A stretch of 64,000 nucleotides of DNA from Raillietiella orientalis (lineage: Eukaryota): NCBI GenBank assembly GCA_036172245.1, contig JAYWIR010000006.1, positions 1,984,001 to 2,048,000 of the forward strand. The letters are read 5' to 3'. Below are positions 12,600 to 25,199 of this stretch, one piece after another (position 1 is the stretch's first letter; each line of letters starts with the position of its first letter). Both the position numbers and the translations under genes were made by a program. The notes beneath the pieces were generated by a model. It saw nothing but the letters and a program-made list of their open reading frames with translations, was not told the DNA's origin and did not search any database.

Positions 12600-13600
12600 G
12601 CCAGTTACCAAGGACATCACAGCTCAATACCGGATGCGGCACGGATTCGATTCGAATCCCCCCTCCTCCGCACCTAACACTGTTCGAAACGATCTTTCCC
12701 TATCCAGAGACTGCAGAGGGACTACAGCGCATGAGGGTTTGCGGCAGTGGGCATCAGGACAGACATCATTTTTGATTCCTCTCATTCACAACCTGGGAGC
12801 AGCCTCCTGGACGGACATGAGAGGGAACCCGAAGAAGTGGACTCTTGCCGCCACCACTTCCTTAGCCACAGCGCTGTTCGTCGTTTGGGAAACGAATGAC
12901 GGTTGCCAATCTTCAGGATGAGACATCTCGTGCTCCATTGCTGAAGTCACAAAACTTCGAGTGGAAGGATTGACGGACTAGCTGGCCGAAGCGGAGGCAT
13001 TTCATCCATGCCCATGCGCAGATCATGCCCATGCACCTCACCTTTCTGTTTGGAGGGCTCTGTGCCTCCGTCTAAGGTAGCAAGCATTACGTAACTTTGC
13101 TATTCTCACAACGTGGCTTTTCTTGCAAGTAACGCCGGCATTGCTGAACGGAGGGGAGATGCCTACTTCGGCTGGGCCAGATTCGCGGAAGATACGTTCT
13201 CGCACCTTCTCCTAGCGTGTGGAGCCATTCGGAACTACCAGAAGCGCCTCGCGGCTGTCCTGCTTTTCCCAGGAGATGATCCGATAGAGAAGCGACCCAG
13301 GGCTCTGTTCCTTTCTTCCTCCCAGCTCTCTGAATCCTGCTTGAACAGCCTCCTCAGCGATGAGGAATGAGAACGAATGTTCTCATCTGCGACAACGAGC
13401 GGAGCCGCCTCCGCTGCCACCTGCGTTGCACGCGGCTGGCAGAAGACGCGGCGGGTGTAGCTGTGATCCCTCTGTTGTCTTCCTTGTTAGCTAATTAATT
13501 TATTTTTCCCTCCCTTCGAATCTCCTTGTTCTTGTTTGTATCTGGTTCACTACTCTTCATCGCTTGTGGCTCAGTCCCCGTCGTTGAGGTCGCAAAGTCT
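12600..13600 (+). mobile_element. 3' end of an L1/Tx1-like LINE (zf-RVT C-terminus plus 3' UTR)
   Basis: VWRALCLRL..ALRNFAIL is followed by ARFAEDTFSHLLLACGAIRNYQKRLAAVLLFPGDDPIEKRP. Bases 13175-13345 are clearly homologous to the reverse complement of 17930-18100. Confidence 0.65.
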
Positions 13601-15499
13601 CGTAGTCACTTTGTGGACTTTTCTTTCTCGAAGAGGAAACGCGCCGGCGCCACTGGGTGACGATCATAGCAGCGAGAATTCTAAGGGCAAGGGCGACATA
13701 GCCGCTTGTTCCTATCGCAGAATGAGCATCACGCCATCGGTACCCATTGAGGAGGGGCCAATGGATGCACCTTCTGAGGAGATTTCCACAAGAGTCACCG
13801 AGCTTCGTCGATCGCAGGTCGTGCGTAGGTATCTCAGCAATGCCATGAACGCGATGGTTGGGGCGTCCATCCAACCGCAGAAGAAGGATGCGCCCAAGGA
13901 AGGTTTTTCTTTAGAAGTTTCCTCTTTCTGCCCCCAAAGATACGTACCCGATGATACCCCGAAGATACGAGCGAGAGAAAGACTCCAAAGAAGACGCCTC
14001 TAACCTGGCGCCTCGTAAGCAAGGGATGCGCATTCAGCCATGTAGTTCGGCACGAGAGTACCCGGGCGGAAGACGCGGAGGAGGTTTTCACTCTCCATCA
14101 CCTGGTAGTCCAACTTGTCCCGTCTCGTGGAAGAAGATCAATAAAAGACGTGCAGCTCTCCAGACGAGAGACGTGCTGGGAATCACGAAACGGCTGCCCC
14201 CCCCCCTAAAAGTTCTGCGTGCCCCGTGCTTTCCTCGTGACTCACCTCAAAATCTTTTTGGTCAGAAATCCGTTTTCTTCCCATCAGCGCACGAAGGAAG
14301 CGTGCCCACGCACTGCTGAAGCGCGTGCTCACGTGAATCCAGAACTTTTCCCCCATCCCCCTGCCCTTCCCTTGCTTCCAAGTAATGCCTTGAGTAACGG
14401 CTTACGTCTCGAGAAGCCAATGTGCAGGAGTGGCTCTAGGGGAGCCGTTGTTACGTGATCTCCTTGATGATGTGCGAATTCCATCCCACCAATTGCGCTG
14501 TAAAATTCTGGTCGTGCTACTCTGGAGGCAGTTGGCTTCCCTGCCTTCATCTCATGCCGAGAGAAGGCAGCCCTTTCATCTCTCGGGTGCGCTACTTGTC
14601 GAGGCGTTTCTTCTTGCGGATGAAGGTGCTCCTTCTCTTCTTCAAACCGGGGTATTTCCCCGCTCCAGGTGTGCTTGAAAGAGAAAGAGTGGGGAAGAGC
14701 GGGAAAAAGACCGTGGCTGCCGAGCGCTTCGCAGGGCGCACGCGTTCTGAATGCCAATCTCGCTGGCGAGGCAAGCCATGCAGGCCACCCTGCACGACCG
14801 CTCTCCGGTGCCTTCCTCAACCGCACAGGCCAGGCTGGTCCGCGCTGTCCGTTGCGGCTCAGGACGGAGCTCTCCCATGTTGGATAGCGGAGCAAAGGTC
14901 AAAGGTGAAACCCTGCACCGGTTTACGCTCGGGTCCTTTTGCCAGCTTGCCTCTCTTCTTTCGAGGTCTGACGTCGCGTGGCTACGTGTTGAAGGTTCCT
15001 CTGGTTGTGCGATCTTCGGTGGGCGGCCGGACGTCCAGCACGCAGGTTTGCAGCCTCCCCGGTGCCGAGAGAAGCTGTCCGAAAAAACTTTCCTTCCTCA
15101 AGGAATGAACCGCTACTCCACTGTTGAGCTTCCGCTCTAGAACAGTCCTTCATCGTCAATATTCACCGAAAATTCCTCCCTTTCATCCTTTCATGGGATC
15201 CAGAATCGTTCAAGTGATCGCTCTTATGTGTTCTGGAACCATAGCGCATGATAAAGACCATGATTTCGCCTGCGGTGGGGTGCAGTGGTCTGACGCTTCG
15301 TCCTGACCAGAACTCCGGCGCACTCTGGTCGGAAATTTCGCCGCAGGAGAAAAAGCGCGTCTTCCGTGCTTTTCCGTCGAACCTCATGGCATACTTCATC
15401 TGGTTCGGGAACGCGCGGGAGGATGAAGGGCTCCACGGGGTCCTGACCTCGGGGTCCACGCGCAGCCCTTCAGCGCTTCCAGCTTTCAGGTGCTTTACC

Positions 15500-16460
15500 C
15501 AAAATCCTGCTTCGTGAACTGAGGATCCGAGGAATCCCTGCTCTGGAGGAGATGAAGAGAGGATGTCTGGAATCCCTCTGCTTCGAAAATCAAGAACAGG
15601 TGGAGTTTCAAGTACCTACAGTGACACGGAATCCACGGGTGCACGGAAGTTCCTCGGTCACCGCGGTTGCCTTTGTCTCGTGTCTTCTTCGCTCTCTCTC
15701 TCGTCCTTCCTCCTGCATCCTCCTCCTTCTCCTCATACATCCCCCCCCCGGAAGAGGAAGAAGTGTATTTCCCTGAAGGGCTTGGTAGCAGGCAAACTTC
15801 CGGATAAGAATTTGGTCCATGCATAACGATGCGGCAGGAATGTCCGCAGAGGTGGGAGCATTTTCTTGCAGCCTCCCAATAAAAATTCGTGATTCCGGGT
15901 TTTCCTGGCAGATGGCTGCAGTCGATCTTTAAGCAGTCGTCGCAACCCCTTTTTTCTGCTATGCTGCGCAAATCCCCCTAAACGGTGAATCTCCCCACTC
16001 CTCAGGAAGGAAGACCTCCAAGGAATGAACACTCTGCGGAATCGCATGGAATCTTCCTGGGAGTGCTCCTCGGGAGCTCCAGTATGCAGCAAGGCCGGAC
16101 CCTACCATCACTCTTTTCAACTCCGGAGGAGCTCTCAGGAGGTTTGGCGAAAGACGATCTTTCGGTCTACCAGCTTCCTCTTTTCTGGCCATCTTCTGCC
16201 ACCTCTAGGGATAACAGCAGCGGCCAAGATGGAAGAGGATGTGTGGCTACCGTCTAAACGATCCTTCGCAGCCTCCTCTATCTTCGTGAAAGCTCAAGAG
16301 AAGTGGTCCCAACTAAGCAGCAGGGCAGCTGCAAAGTGACCAGGGCAGAATGGCTCCACAGCTCCCTACTTCCCACCCTTTCTCGGAGCTGATCCCCAGA
16401 ATCCTCGTAGTCGCCGTCTCACTGAGTTTTTATTGATTGCTCACCCTTCTTATCCACTTT
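15500..16460 (+). mobile_element. Probable decayed L1/Tx1-like 3' fragment
   Basis: Reads WLQSIFK..., TLCGIAW and GITAAAKMEEDVW (cf. AKxxIW), followed by a pyrimidine-rich tail. Very decayed. Confidence 0.3.
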
Positions 16461-16599
16461 TTACTCGCAACCTAGCCATCCCCTCCAGCGAAATTCTGCT
16501 CCTCCTCAGCAAATGCCCTGACCGCTTCTTTCTGACAGTCTCATCCATTTGTACTGATTAATGGGCCGGAACGCCATGGAAGGGGAGGTCACCCCGCAG

Positions 16600-17150
16600 C
16601 GTTTATTTCCAAAAAGACCTCATAAACAAATCAGGTAGTGGATTTATTCCCGCAAAAGCCACCCTGCTCAAGAAGGGGGAAGATCCATCCGTTGATTGCC
16701 GATTACGAGACGAGGTCGTGCGAGGTTCGTCGACAGGTCAGCTTCGGGGGCAGATTGCACCGCGGAGGGAAGAGACCAATAAGTGAGTGAATAGTTACTT
16801 GAACTATGAAAGGGAGAGGGTGAGAGAGAAACGGTCACCACGCTACCCACTTTTGGGACTGGCTGTGCTACCGCCTGCGATTGATGCGAGTAACTTTCTC
16901 CTTCAGTTGCTGGTTCAGCCGTGTTGGCGGCTGCTCCCTATCCGGTGGCTTCTCCTTGCTTCTCTGTTTACCTCAAGAGCCGTCGCGTGCCTCGCGGCGC
17001 ACGTGGCTTTTTAACACTGTTCTACGCCATCCGCGGAGGGTGTGTATTATTCGTCAAGATAGGAGAGACCCCGGGAGAGGGCTTCGCCCTATGAATCCAG
17101 GAAGGGCTCGGAGTCTGTTCCTCTCTCGCCTAATTTTGAGGCGAGCAGCA
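16600..17150 (-). mobile_element. L1/Tx1-like 3' terminal fragment with 3' UTR
   Basis: The minus strand reads VLLASKLGE...WRRTVLKSHVRREAR, followed by a pyrimidine-rich UTR with two AATAAA motifs near 16605 and 16645. Confidence 0.35.
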
Positions 17151-17159
17151 CCTCCACGC

Positions 17160-17620
17160 TGCTCGTCTCCGAAGGGAAACCCCAAAGAGAATCTCCTTCC
17201 TCATCCTCTCCGGTGGAAAACCATCCAGGAGGGTGGTAGTCCTCTTCATTTCATCCCCTCTGAAGGGAACCCAAAAAGGATCCTCTAGTAGGAATTTCTT
17301 CTCCCGAGGGAACCCTCAAGGGAACCGCTCCTGTTCACTCCTCTGAAGAGAACCCTGAAGGGACGCTTCGGAAATTCAGAAGGGGTGCTGCAGCTTCCCA
17401 CAGGGGGATCGCTCTCGCTTGCTTCCTTGCACTTCCTGAAGTGGCGACTCACCTGCTCCGTAGCACGACTCGGAGGATACCCCCTCAATGGGGGGTCCGC
17501 TTCTCCAGCAACTGGAGAGGCGCCTGTGAAGGTTCCTGCTCCATCTTGAACGAACCTTCTCCTTGCTTCTGGTCCTTGAAGCTGGCTCAACGGGGGCGCG
17601 GATCCAGGCTCAATACGTGG
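17160..17620. repeat. Dispersed repeat containing a degenerate 40-50-nt tandem array (core CTCYGAAGGGAACCC..AAGGGA)
   Basis: Cores lie near 17168, 17208, 17258, 17301 and 17341. The whole block aligns with the reverse complement of 28090-28560, e.g. GGAATTTCTTCT..GAGGGAACCC.CAAGGGAACCGCT.CTG...CTCCTCTGAAGAGAACCC in both. Confidence 0.8.
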
Positions 17621-18800
17621 TGGCGGGGGAAGGAATAGGGGAAGGGGGGGGCATACGAGAAAGCAGAAATCATGGCTCAATAGCACTAGTTCAAAACGAG
17701 ACCTATGATTTCCTGCAAGAACAGTTCTTCCAGGTTTCGTGGATTTCCCCTTGAAAAACAGGATAAACAGTGCGTGACTAAACTGCTCCGGTGAGCTCTT
17801 GTAGCCTTGTGCTCCTCTGAGGCTGAGGAAGAGCACTAAGGTGACGCACTAAGGGAGTCCTGTGGGCTCGCTACCTTGCCAGAGCGCGCCTTTTGCATGC
17901 ATACTGGAACGCCACGATCCTCCGGACTCCAAACAGGATTCAGAGACCGAAGAGGTAGGCGAGAGCAGCGCCACGGGTCGCTTCTCTATCGGATCATCTC
18001 CTGGGAAAAGCAGGACAGCCGCAATGCGTTTCTGGTAGTTCCGAAGATCACACTCTAGGAGAAGGTGCGAGAACGTCTCTGCTTCCGCGAACCTGGCACA
18101 GTCGAGGGAGACGCGTTGTTATCTTTGGATCAAAGTGTGACCTCGGACTGCTCCATTTGCAAAGAAGGGGAATCTTTCACTAGCCTGGTAATGGACGTTG
18201 TTGCCCTACTGCGCATCTGGGAGAATCTTGTGATGGCCCTTCTATTCCCGATTGATAACTACAGGGAGGTTTCGAAGCTCCTCCTCAGTGAGGGTTCCAA
18301 AAGCGATGGCACGGTCGAGTCACGAAATTTGCTGACGGGGAGCAGAGAAATAGGGACTCCATCCTAATCGTGTCTTCCTTCTTGAGGATTATGAGAAGAT
18401 GGTTCCACCTTGGAAGATTCAAATGGAAGCTGTCCAGAATCCTTCAGAGGGTGGAAGGGTTACCAGAGAACGCCTGATTCCTGCCCCAGCTCTCGTGGCT
18501 TTCGTATGGGACCCACACATGGACGAGCAAGTACACTTTCTTGAAACATCTCGACAAGCAAGGAAGAAGAGACGGTCGATCTGTAATACCAAGTGGCGTG
18601 AACCTCGGCAAAGAACTGAGCTCACTTTCAGGCACCCTGTAAAAGAAGGCTCGCCTAAAGGTAGAGTGTATGCTGTGCATTTGCTTTCTTATTTCCACCA
18701 CATGTGGCCTTCTATATTGGGGATCGGTTAGAGGACGATTTCCATGCAGGGTCAGGTAAGAAGACTGAAGACTTGTGTGTTGCGTGATGTGATGGTAACG
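17620..18800 (-). mobile_element. 3' part of an L1/Tx1-like LINE (zf-RVT)
   Basis: The minus strand reads DCARFAEAETFSHLLLECDLRNYQKRIAAVLLFPGDDPIEKRPVALL...HAKGALWQ, i.e. CxxC..ETxxHLLxxC plus AKxAIW. Same family as 13175-13345. Confidence 0.7.
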
Positions 18801-18859
18801 GATAGTTGCGCTGTATTGCTGAGTTAATATGAGTCGTGTGAGTTCGCCGGTAAATCTTT

Positions 18860-21460
18860 TTACTTATTGCTTTATTTATTTATTGTTGGCGAGATCATGA
18901 ACGGATAGGGTCTGTTCGCGAGAATATTAATAATTTTGGTATTATGAAAGGATTATTTCTCAATTATGATGCATGAAAAGCAAAAGGTGAACGAGTTGTT
19001 GGGTACTTGACATCATGGATTTTTGATCTGAAAAATCAATTTTTATATGCACGCAGAAGACCGATATCGTTTGCAGTGTGGGAGTAGTAGAAACACTGAG
19101 TACAAGGCACTTTGTCTGATGGGTGGAAAGGCTGTAATAAGGCTTGATTGCCCGATCAGCCCACAGAACCGTTTGCTTGTAACAAATAAATATGCACGTA
19201 CCAAATCAAGTGAGACTTCGCCACACTTCACGTGGATCCCTGGGCAGGGCTAGAGCGGCGGTGGAGGGTGCAGGGGATGGTCAAATAAATGAAGGAAGGA
19301 AGGAGGGACTGGAACAACGAACAAAGATCAATGACTCTCAAGAGCCTGCATTGGAAATAGTCGGGAAATGGCAAGAGTTGCCGGGTGGTCTTCATCGTTC
19401 TTGATTTGGAAGTCAATCCACAAGCACCTTGGGGCGCTTTTTTCGTGTGCGCTTCCGCTTGCATCTCAGACCTCAGAGCACTTCGAGCTGGAACGCTCGC
19501 AAGCGAGTAACTGTCTTGGATGTGTCAGTGATGCTCTTTGTTTATCTGCCACCCGTATGAGGCGAAAAGATTGACAAGAAGGCGACAACAAGTAAAATCC
19601 TTCCAGACTGAGAAGGAGGGAGGATTTGCTCCTTCGATGCCGCCAGGTTCAGTTGTGTGCCGTGTCTTAACCAACCCTCGTGGATTTGTCTTAAACGGAC
19701 TCGGCTTCAAACCAAAGCCTTCTTCTTGCAAGATTTTGGCATGCAATTTTAGTCTTCGGCTCTGTCCTTCGTCTTCCTGATCATGAGAATCATTTAGCTC
19801 AATAACCAGTCCGGGATGCTGCTATCTTGTTCCATGGTTCTGACCCATCTACTCATGTTCTTCTGCTTAAAATCAATCCAACTTTACATCCATTCAGTTT
19901 GGAACCATTCTGAGTTTAGGGCAATAGTCTTTGATCCTTCATATCATCCGTTTCAACTTAAGTTCCTAAAATCTCCATCTAGTTCAGGGACACCATCTTG
20001 GGCTCTTGTTCGATTCCCTTCCTTCTTGCAAACCTTCTACCTTCTCTTCTCCCACGGTCAGAGGGTCTCGATCCATAAAGCGGTGTTCCAGCTTCTCAGG
20101 GACTGTTCTTGAATGAACTCGAGGGGTGAGTGAACCATTCAAACGCACCTGCAAATTACTGAGAATTTCGCTGTCGGAGATTCGTAGGCAACGACCGATT
20201 TCCTGACCAGCGCAGCAAATGTAGAACAGCAGCATGTATCTCACGGTGCATTCTCATGTTGTTGACAACCGGAAGAAGACGATTTCATCGCCTCCCTTCC
20301 CACTCGATTTGTGAAGACTTTCCACATCCACTCCGAGCTTCCATGTTTGCAGAAGTTATCTTCAACTTTTCCCTCTATCTTCGTTCTCCAATTGGGGGTC
20401 CTGATTGCATTTCGGTTTCTGAATCCAAGCACGGAAGATTCAAAAGATCGTTGTAGACGATTGAATAACGAGATGTGCTTCTCTGAAGCATCAAGAGCTC
20501 GGTGGTCCTCGTTTCTCGCCTGTATTTTTTCAAGTCCAGTTGCGGTTAGCATATCCTGGAGTTTGCTTCTCCCCAGCATCTTCCGGTTTGAGCTCTCGGG
20601 GCTTTTCGATGTTTGGTTGCTTCCTGCCTGCCTTCTTCGCCCTTTGTTTGGAATTCGGAAATTCGATTTCTTAGAAGTGGGCATCTTCTCTACAGCTCCC
20701 ACGAGGAGTAGATTTCAGTTTTTCTAAGCTCTCTTTGAAGGACTGAAGGCTAACACGGATCTCTAGGATTCACTTCATGAGTTTTCTGGGGGCTGCAATG
20801 AATTGTCAATACGAATAAAAGTTTTTTCCTTTGCGTCATTCTTTGGAGGAAGCGCATCGATTCATGATCCAAAGTTGTTCCTCTCTCTCCATGGGCACTG
20901 TTTTCTGACATGACAATCCGGCGTCTATGAGTCAAGAGTTTGAGCATTTCCTCCCTGGGAGGTGGTGAAAATGCTGCCTCCCAGGTCTTGAAACTCTCCT
21001 GTCTTGATTCTGAGAAGCCGGAAGGAGACCGGCGGGTAAAAGAAATCTGTGGTCCTGCTTCTTTGGAATCTTGCTGCATCGCTAAACAAGGATTGAAAGC
21101 AGCAGCATGCCTCGTCATTCATCATTGTTCTGCGCAGGTCAGTCAGCCTCTCCATGATCTCCATACAAAGTCCATTGAAAGCCACCAGGAAAGTTGCAGA
21201 TCATTTTTCTGCATGGAGGTCCTGATACTGAAGAGAGAGATGCCTCCGGTTCTTCCTCGCTGCCGATCGCTAGAAGGAGCAAATCCCGTCTGTGGATATG
21301 TAGGGGGTCGCAGACTTGTTCTTCAGGATTCGAACAAGCTAAAATTTTTGGAAATGACAAGGATTCCTCCGGTTGCATCATCCCAGTCCATTTTCGCTAT
21401 CGCGGTATCCATGACTGCAAAGCCCGTGCAGTGTTGAGAATTTTTTCCAATCCTGGAATT
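18860..21460 (-). mobile_element. Long decayed non-LTR element (zinc-finger N-terminus, RT, thumb)
   Basis: An N-terminal LQYxD..CNFPG finger-like region (~21200), SWIDFKQ (~19875, RT WxDF motif), GGIEGANPPS (~19630) and the thumb-like LCSLFQSLLPSFIYL (~19300). Ends in an (AATA)n tract at ~18870-18885. Confidence 0.55.
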
Positions 21461-21473
21461 CCCTCTCGGTGTT

Positions 21474-21620
21474 GGCCACAGATGAGGTGTGAAATTCCTC
21501 AACACCTCACCTCTGTGGCCTTATTTACCTACATCCCGCGCCCAGGCTTCCATGGAAACAGCCTGGAATTCGAACCTGGCACCATTGGTTTGCGAGCTAA
21601 GATAGCTGCTACGGCTTCTC
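21474..21620 (-). other. Structured non-coding segment: decayed tRNA-like motif plus two hairpins
   Basis: The minus strand has GGTGCCAGGTTCGAATTCCAGG (B-box/T-arm-like). Hairpin CCAGGCT..AGCCTGG at 21542-21566. Hairpin GGCCACAGATGAGGTGT / ACACCTCA(CC)TCTGTGGCC at 21474-21520 (17 bp, 2-nt bulge). Confidence 0.5.
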
Positions 21621-22479
21621 AGTCTGACGATCCGAAGATGAGGGAAGCGCGCGCACCTAAAACTCTGTTGCCAATTTCAGCCGCACTGGGTGCGTTGGTT
21701 CCAAAGATGGCGCCAACGAACAGGGGATAAAATCGATTCTGCTTCCGCTCACCTCTTGTTCGGAGATTGCGGACCCGCACTCGGTGCCTTCGGGGCTCCG
21801 TGAATCCTCTTCTCGCTCATCTCGTTTGCTCTCGAACAGCTTCTCGCTCTTCGAAATTCCAAGGTTCCGATATTCTTCGCTCCGCTAAGCACCCCATACC
21901 TCAAAGGCTAACACCGAGCGGGAGGAAGTCTGCAGAGAAGAGGCGTCATATTGTCAAACGAATTCCGGGAACGCTGTCTGTCAAAAAAGTTCTCCCGACG
22001 CCGCTCGCGGTTTCACGTTTCGCTTCGGCTGCCCCACCTGACGTCCTTCGAGCCAACTGGCGGCATCGAAGCTCTTTCCCGGAATGGGAGAATTCCTGCA
22101 GGATCGCGCCGTCAAATAAAGGAAAGCAGGATTTTGTGTGTGTGTTCTTTTATTTTTGTTTGTTTGTGTGTGTGCATGTGTGCGCGCGCGCGTGTTTTTG
22201 AGAAAGGGGAGGAGGGAGGGTAACCGCTCGGAAAAAAAGAAACAAGGGTTCGTTTTCCAAACTTGTTCCATGTGTGGCGCGAAGTTTCAGCCGCCCCTGC
22301 GTCTCTTCGGACTACGAAATGCGGGTCGATAGGGGAACGGAAAGAACGAAAAACGTTGAACAATTTTCACGTTTCGCCAATGGGGATTGCCATGCCAAGT
22401 CAGAATGCTAAGCAGATTCCAAATCGAGAGCAGTAATGACACCAATAATAATTACAGATAATAACTAATCAGAATACGA

Positions 22480-23600
22480 TTCAAGATTCTGGCTTCGTGC
22501 CAGAACATTAGAGCTTTCACTCGACCTGGGATCTTCCGAGTCCGGGAAGTGAACAGCGTGGAAGGTCTGCTGATCTGCCTTCAGTGGCCGTGGATCTGAG
22601 AAAGTTTCTTCATCGACTTCGGTTCTCTTCCAGCCCTATTGCAGTTTGGCAAGCTTGGGGGGTCAGCGCTCAGCGCCACGATTGCTCCTGTGATTCCACC
22701 ACCTGGATAGAACAGGGTTCGATTTCATCCTCCATTCATCTACCTGCGACTTCGATCCCTCGTTGCTTCGTTCCCTTGAGCCTTTTGCACGTTCTTCTGA
22801 AAATCCCCCATGGAACTCTTCGATGTTCCTAACTTTCGTGCCCAGCATCCTCTTAAATGTACTGATGCAGGACTCCAGGAAGTGATCTGCTTTGACTGTC
22901 ACACCCTATGCTGCACCACTGTTTGCCCTGAGGACAAGCAATGACATTAGCCAACCACTGAGTGGGAGTTCTGCACCATCACGGAAGTGAAAAATTCCAA
23001 GACGACTGATGGAAGAGCGATCTAAGCGACGCCGCTACTCCACGGTTTACGGTCAAAGGACTGTGGTGAGGAGAACACCGAAGTATGTCCCCCCGCAGAA
23101 CTGGTGGTCCTTGTACTTTTCAGGGACAGGTGGCCTTTTGTGACGTCTTTTCCGCACTGGGGTTCGCGGCGCAAAGAGCGCCCACACGTCGTTTCAGGAG
23201 GAATTGCATCCCCGAACTATTCCAAGTTGTTGTCCGACTGCGGTGTCCCCCAGGAACTGTGGTGGAGGCTGGCTTTAGCTCTGTCACATCCGGAGAACAC
23301 GGCGAGATACCCGTGGCAACTCTCCTTCAACGGGCTTTTGCGTCGCAAGGCGATCGCATCGTTGGGTTGCGGGCGTTCCATTTTGGCAGCCCGCATCGTC
23401 CCGGAGCTACGCTCACAGCCATTCACCTGCCTAGCAGCCGCCTCTGTGAGGACGGGAGCCATTTCCACCGAAGAGCTCACCCACATCTCGAGAAGGCTAT
23501 AAGGTATAAGGGACGGCCTCTAACGAAAACCCTTGTCCACTCCCTTCCTATCCTTTTTAATTTGTTGCCCCCTCCCCTTTAGTCACTTCTCGTCCGGGCT
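22480..23600 (+). mobile_element. 3' part of an RLE-type non-LTR element
   Basis: CIPELFQVVVRLRCPP...DRIVGLRAFHFG...AIHLP matches the order RPDL...DVxxP...IVGxLGA of the restriction-like endonuclease. A pyrimidine-rich 3' tail follows. Confidence 0.5.
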
Positions 23601-23899
23601 GCATGCCAGTGAACCCTCTGCGCTGATATCCGCTTCTTGCCCTTGAGAACGCGTCTACTAAGTTTTCGTAGGCTGTTACGCCTTTGTGTGACCGGGAGAG
23701 AAAAGAAGGCAAACACCTCGTGCAACTCCATAGGATGGCAGCAGAATGTGCTGCTGCTGTTTCTTCGACCGGCAGTCCCTATGAATAAGGACAAAAACTG
23801 TAGGTGAGTTATACCCAAGGGCTGTCTGCATCGTGAAGTAGTCAAATGCCATCCTCTTGTACTTTCAGCTTGCTTGCAATGGATCCAGCCCGTCTAGGG

Positions 23900-24900
23900 A
23901 AAACATCAAGAGCCTTACGGCGTCGTGACGTCGGCGGCTCCCTCTGCATTAGTGAGAGTTTTCTGTCCTGCCATCATCCTCACTCCCCTACGCTGCTATA
24001 CTAGCAGGGCTGAAATATGTACACGGAGCCAAGGTGAACCTTGACTAGAAGGTTTAAGGACTGATTTTCTCCTTCATCTTTGGGAGGAAAGATGAAGCGT
24101 TTGCATCCAAAGAACTCCCGGGAACTTCCTGGTAGAGCAACACATTCTCCTAATATATAAAAAGGAGAATGGGACCACGTGCTGTAAGGAAGACGAGGTC
24201 GTCTCTCCAGTTCCCTTTTAAGACTTCTCTTCGACAAGCCATATCAACGGGCCGTCGCTCATCTCACCTGGCTTGTCGTGAACCCCATGACTCAAAGATT
24301 CCGAGTTTCCTTTTACAAGCCGAGAGAGTTCCGTGTACTTCCCTCAATAGGGCGTCGCCTATTTCTCATTGATTTTCTTTGGGAGTTTGAGACCCCAGAC
24401 TTCCTGATCGGTGACCCCGTCCTTCTGAGCTTTCAGCGTACTCGCATCTTGCTGGTAGTGCACCGAGGCCTCCCTCGGAACGAGGAAATCGCCACACATC
24501 CTCAAGGAGCATTCCAAAGGAATGAGTGTACTGTGACGCAGGTCTTGATCCACACCGCGTCCCAGCAACCTTGGGGATACTCCTGGGAATCTGAGTGGAG
24601 AAGGTTCACTTCTTCGATCCTAACGATTACCTCCTATCTTCCAACTGGTAGAGGGACCGGAAGTAGTCAAGATGTCAGAGTGTTGCACCGTCCTCCTCCT
24701 CATCATCATGCTGATCATCATCAGCAACAGTAGCAGCAAAAGCAGCATCTCTTCTCCTCCCCCCCTAACCTTCTTCCTAGAATTTGGGAGTCCACTGAGC
24801 ACTCCTTATCTGCTAGCATTTCCATCTTCCAAGAAGACTGCCACTGTATTACATCCTCGCGGTTCAGTGCCAAATCGAGAGATAGAAGAAAAGTGTCACC
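23900..24900 (+). mobile_element. Decayed RLE-type 3' fragment
   Basis: EWDHVL (cf. ETLxHVL) and LFLIDFLWEFE (cf. IIDVxxPFE) occur in order, followed by a CAT/CAG low-complexity tract at ~24695-24750. Confidence 0.4.
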
Positions 24901-25199
24901 GCCACGCACCTCTCGAAAATATCCTGAACCAGAAAAGGATACGGAATTACGCCTCAGGACAGCATGCGGTATTAGACTAGATCTTAACCGGAGGCAGAAC
25001 CTTATCCTCCCTCTCATCTCGTGTTCCTTCCCAACGCAAACCCCTCGGAAGCATCAGCATCAGCATGAGACTGCTTCGTCGTTCCCCCAGTCTACTTCAT
25101 TGTCCCTTCTTCCCCGTCCCCCTTCCACTCCCTCCCTAGGTATGTTCTCAGTGAGAGGATCCCTGTAGTATTGCCAATTTTATTTATTTATTCAAATAA

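Noticed and set aside
12640..12675. TTCGAATCCCCCCTCCTCCG, like a tRNA T arm and 3' end
   Set aside because: There is no upstream D arm, A box or anticodon arm, and it is embedded in retroelement-derived sequence.
17160..17370. CRISPR-like spacing of repeats
   Set aside because: The units are degenerate and variable, the block is duplicated with its spacers at 28.1-28.6 kb, the context is eukaryotic and there are no cas genes.
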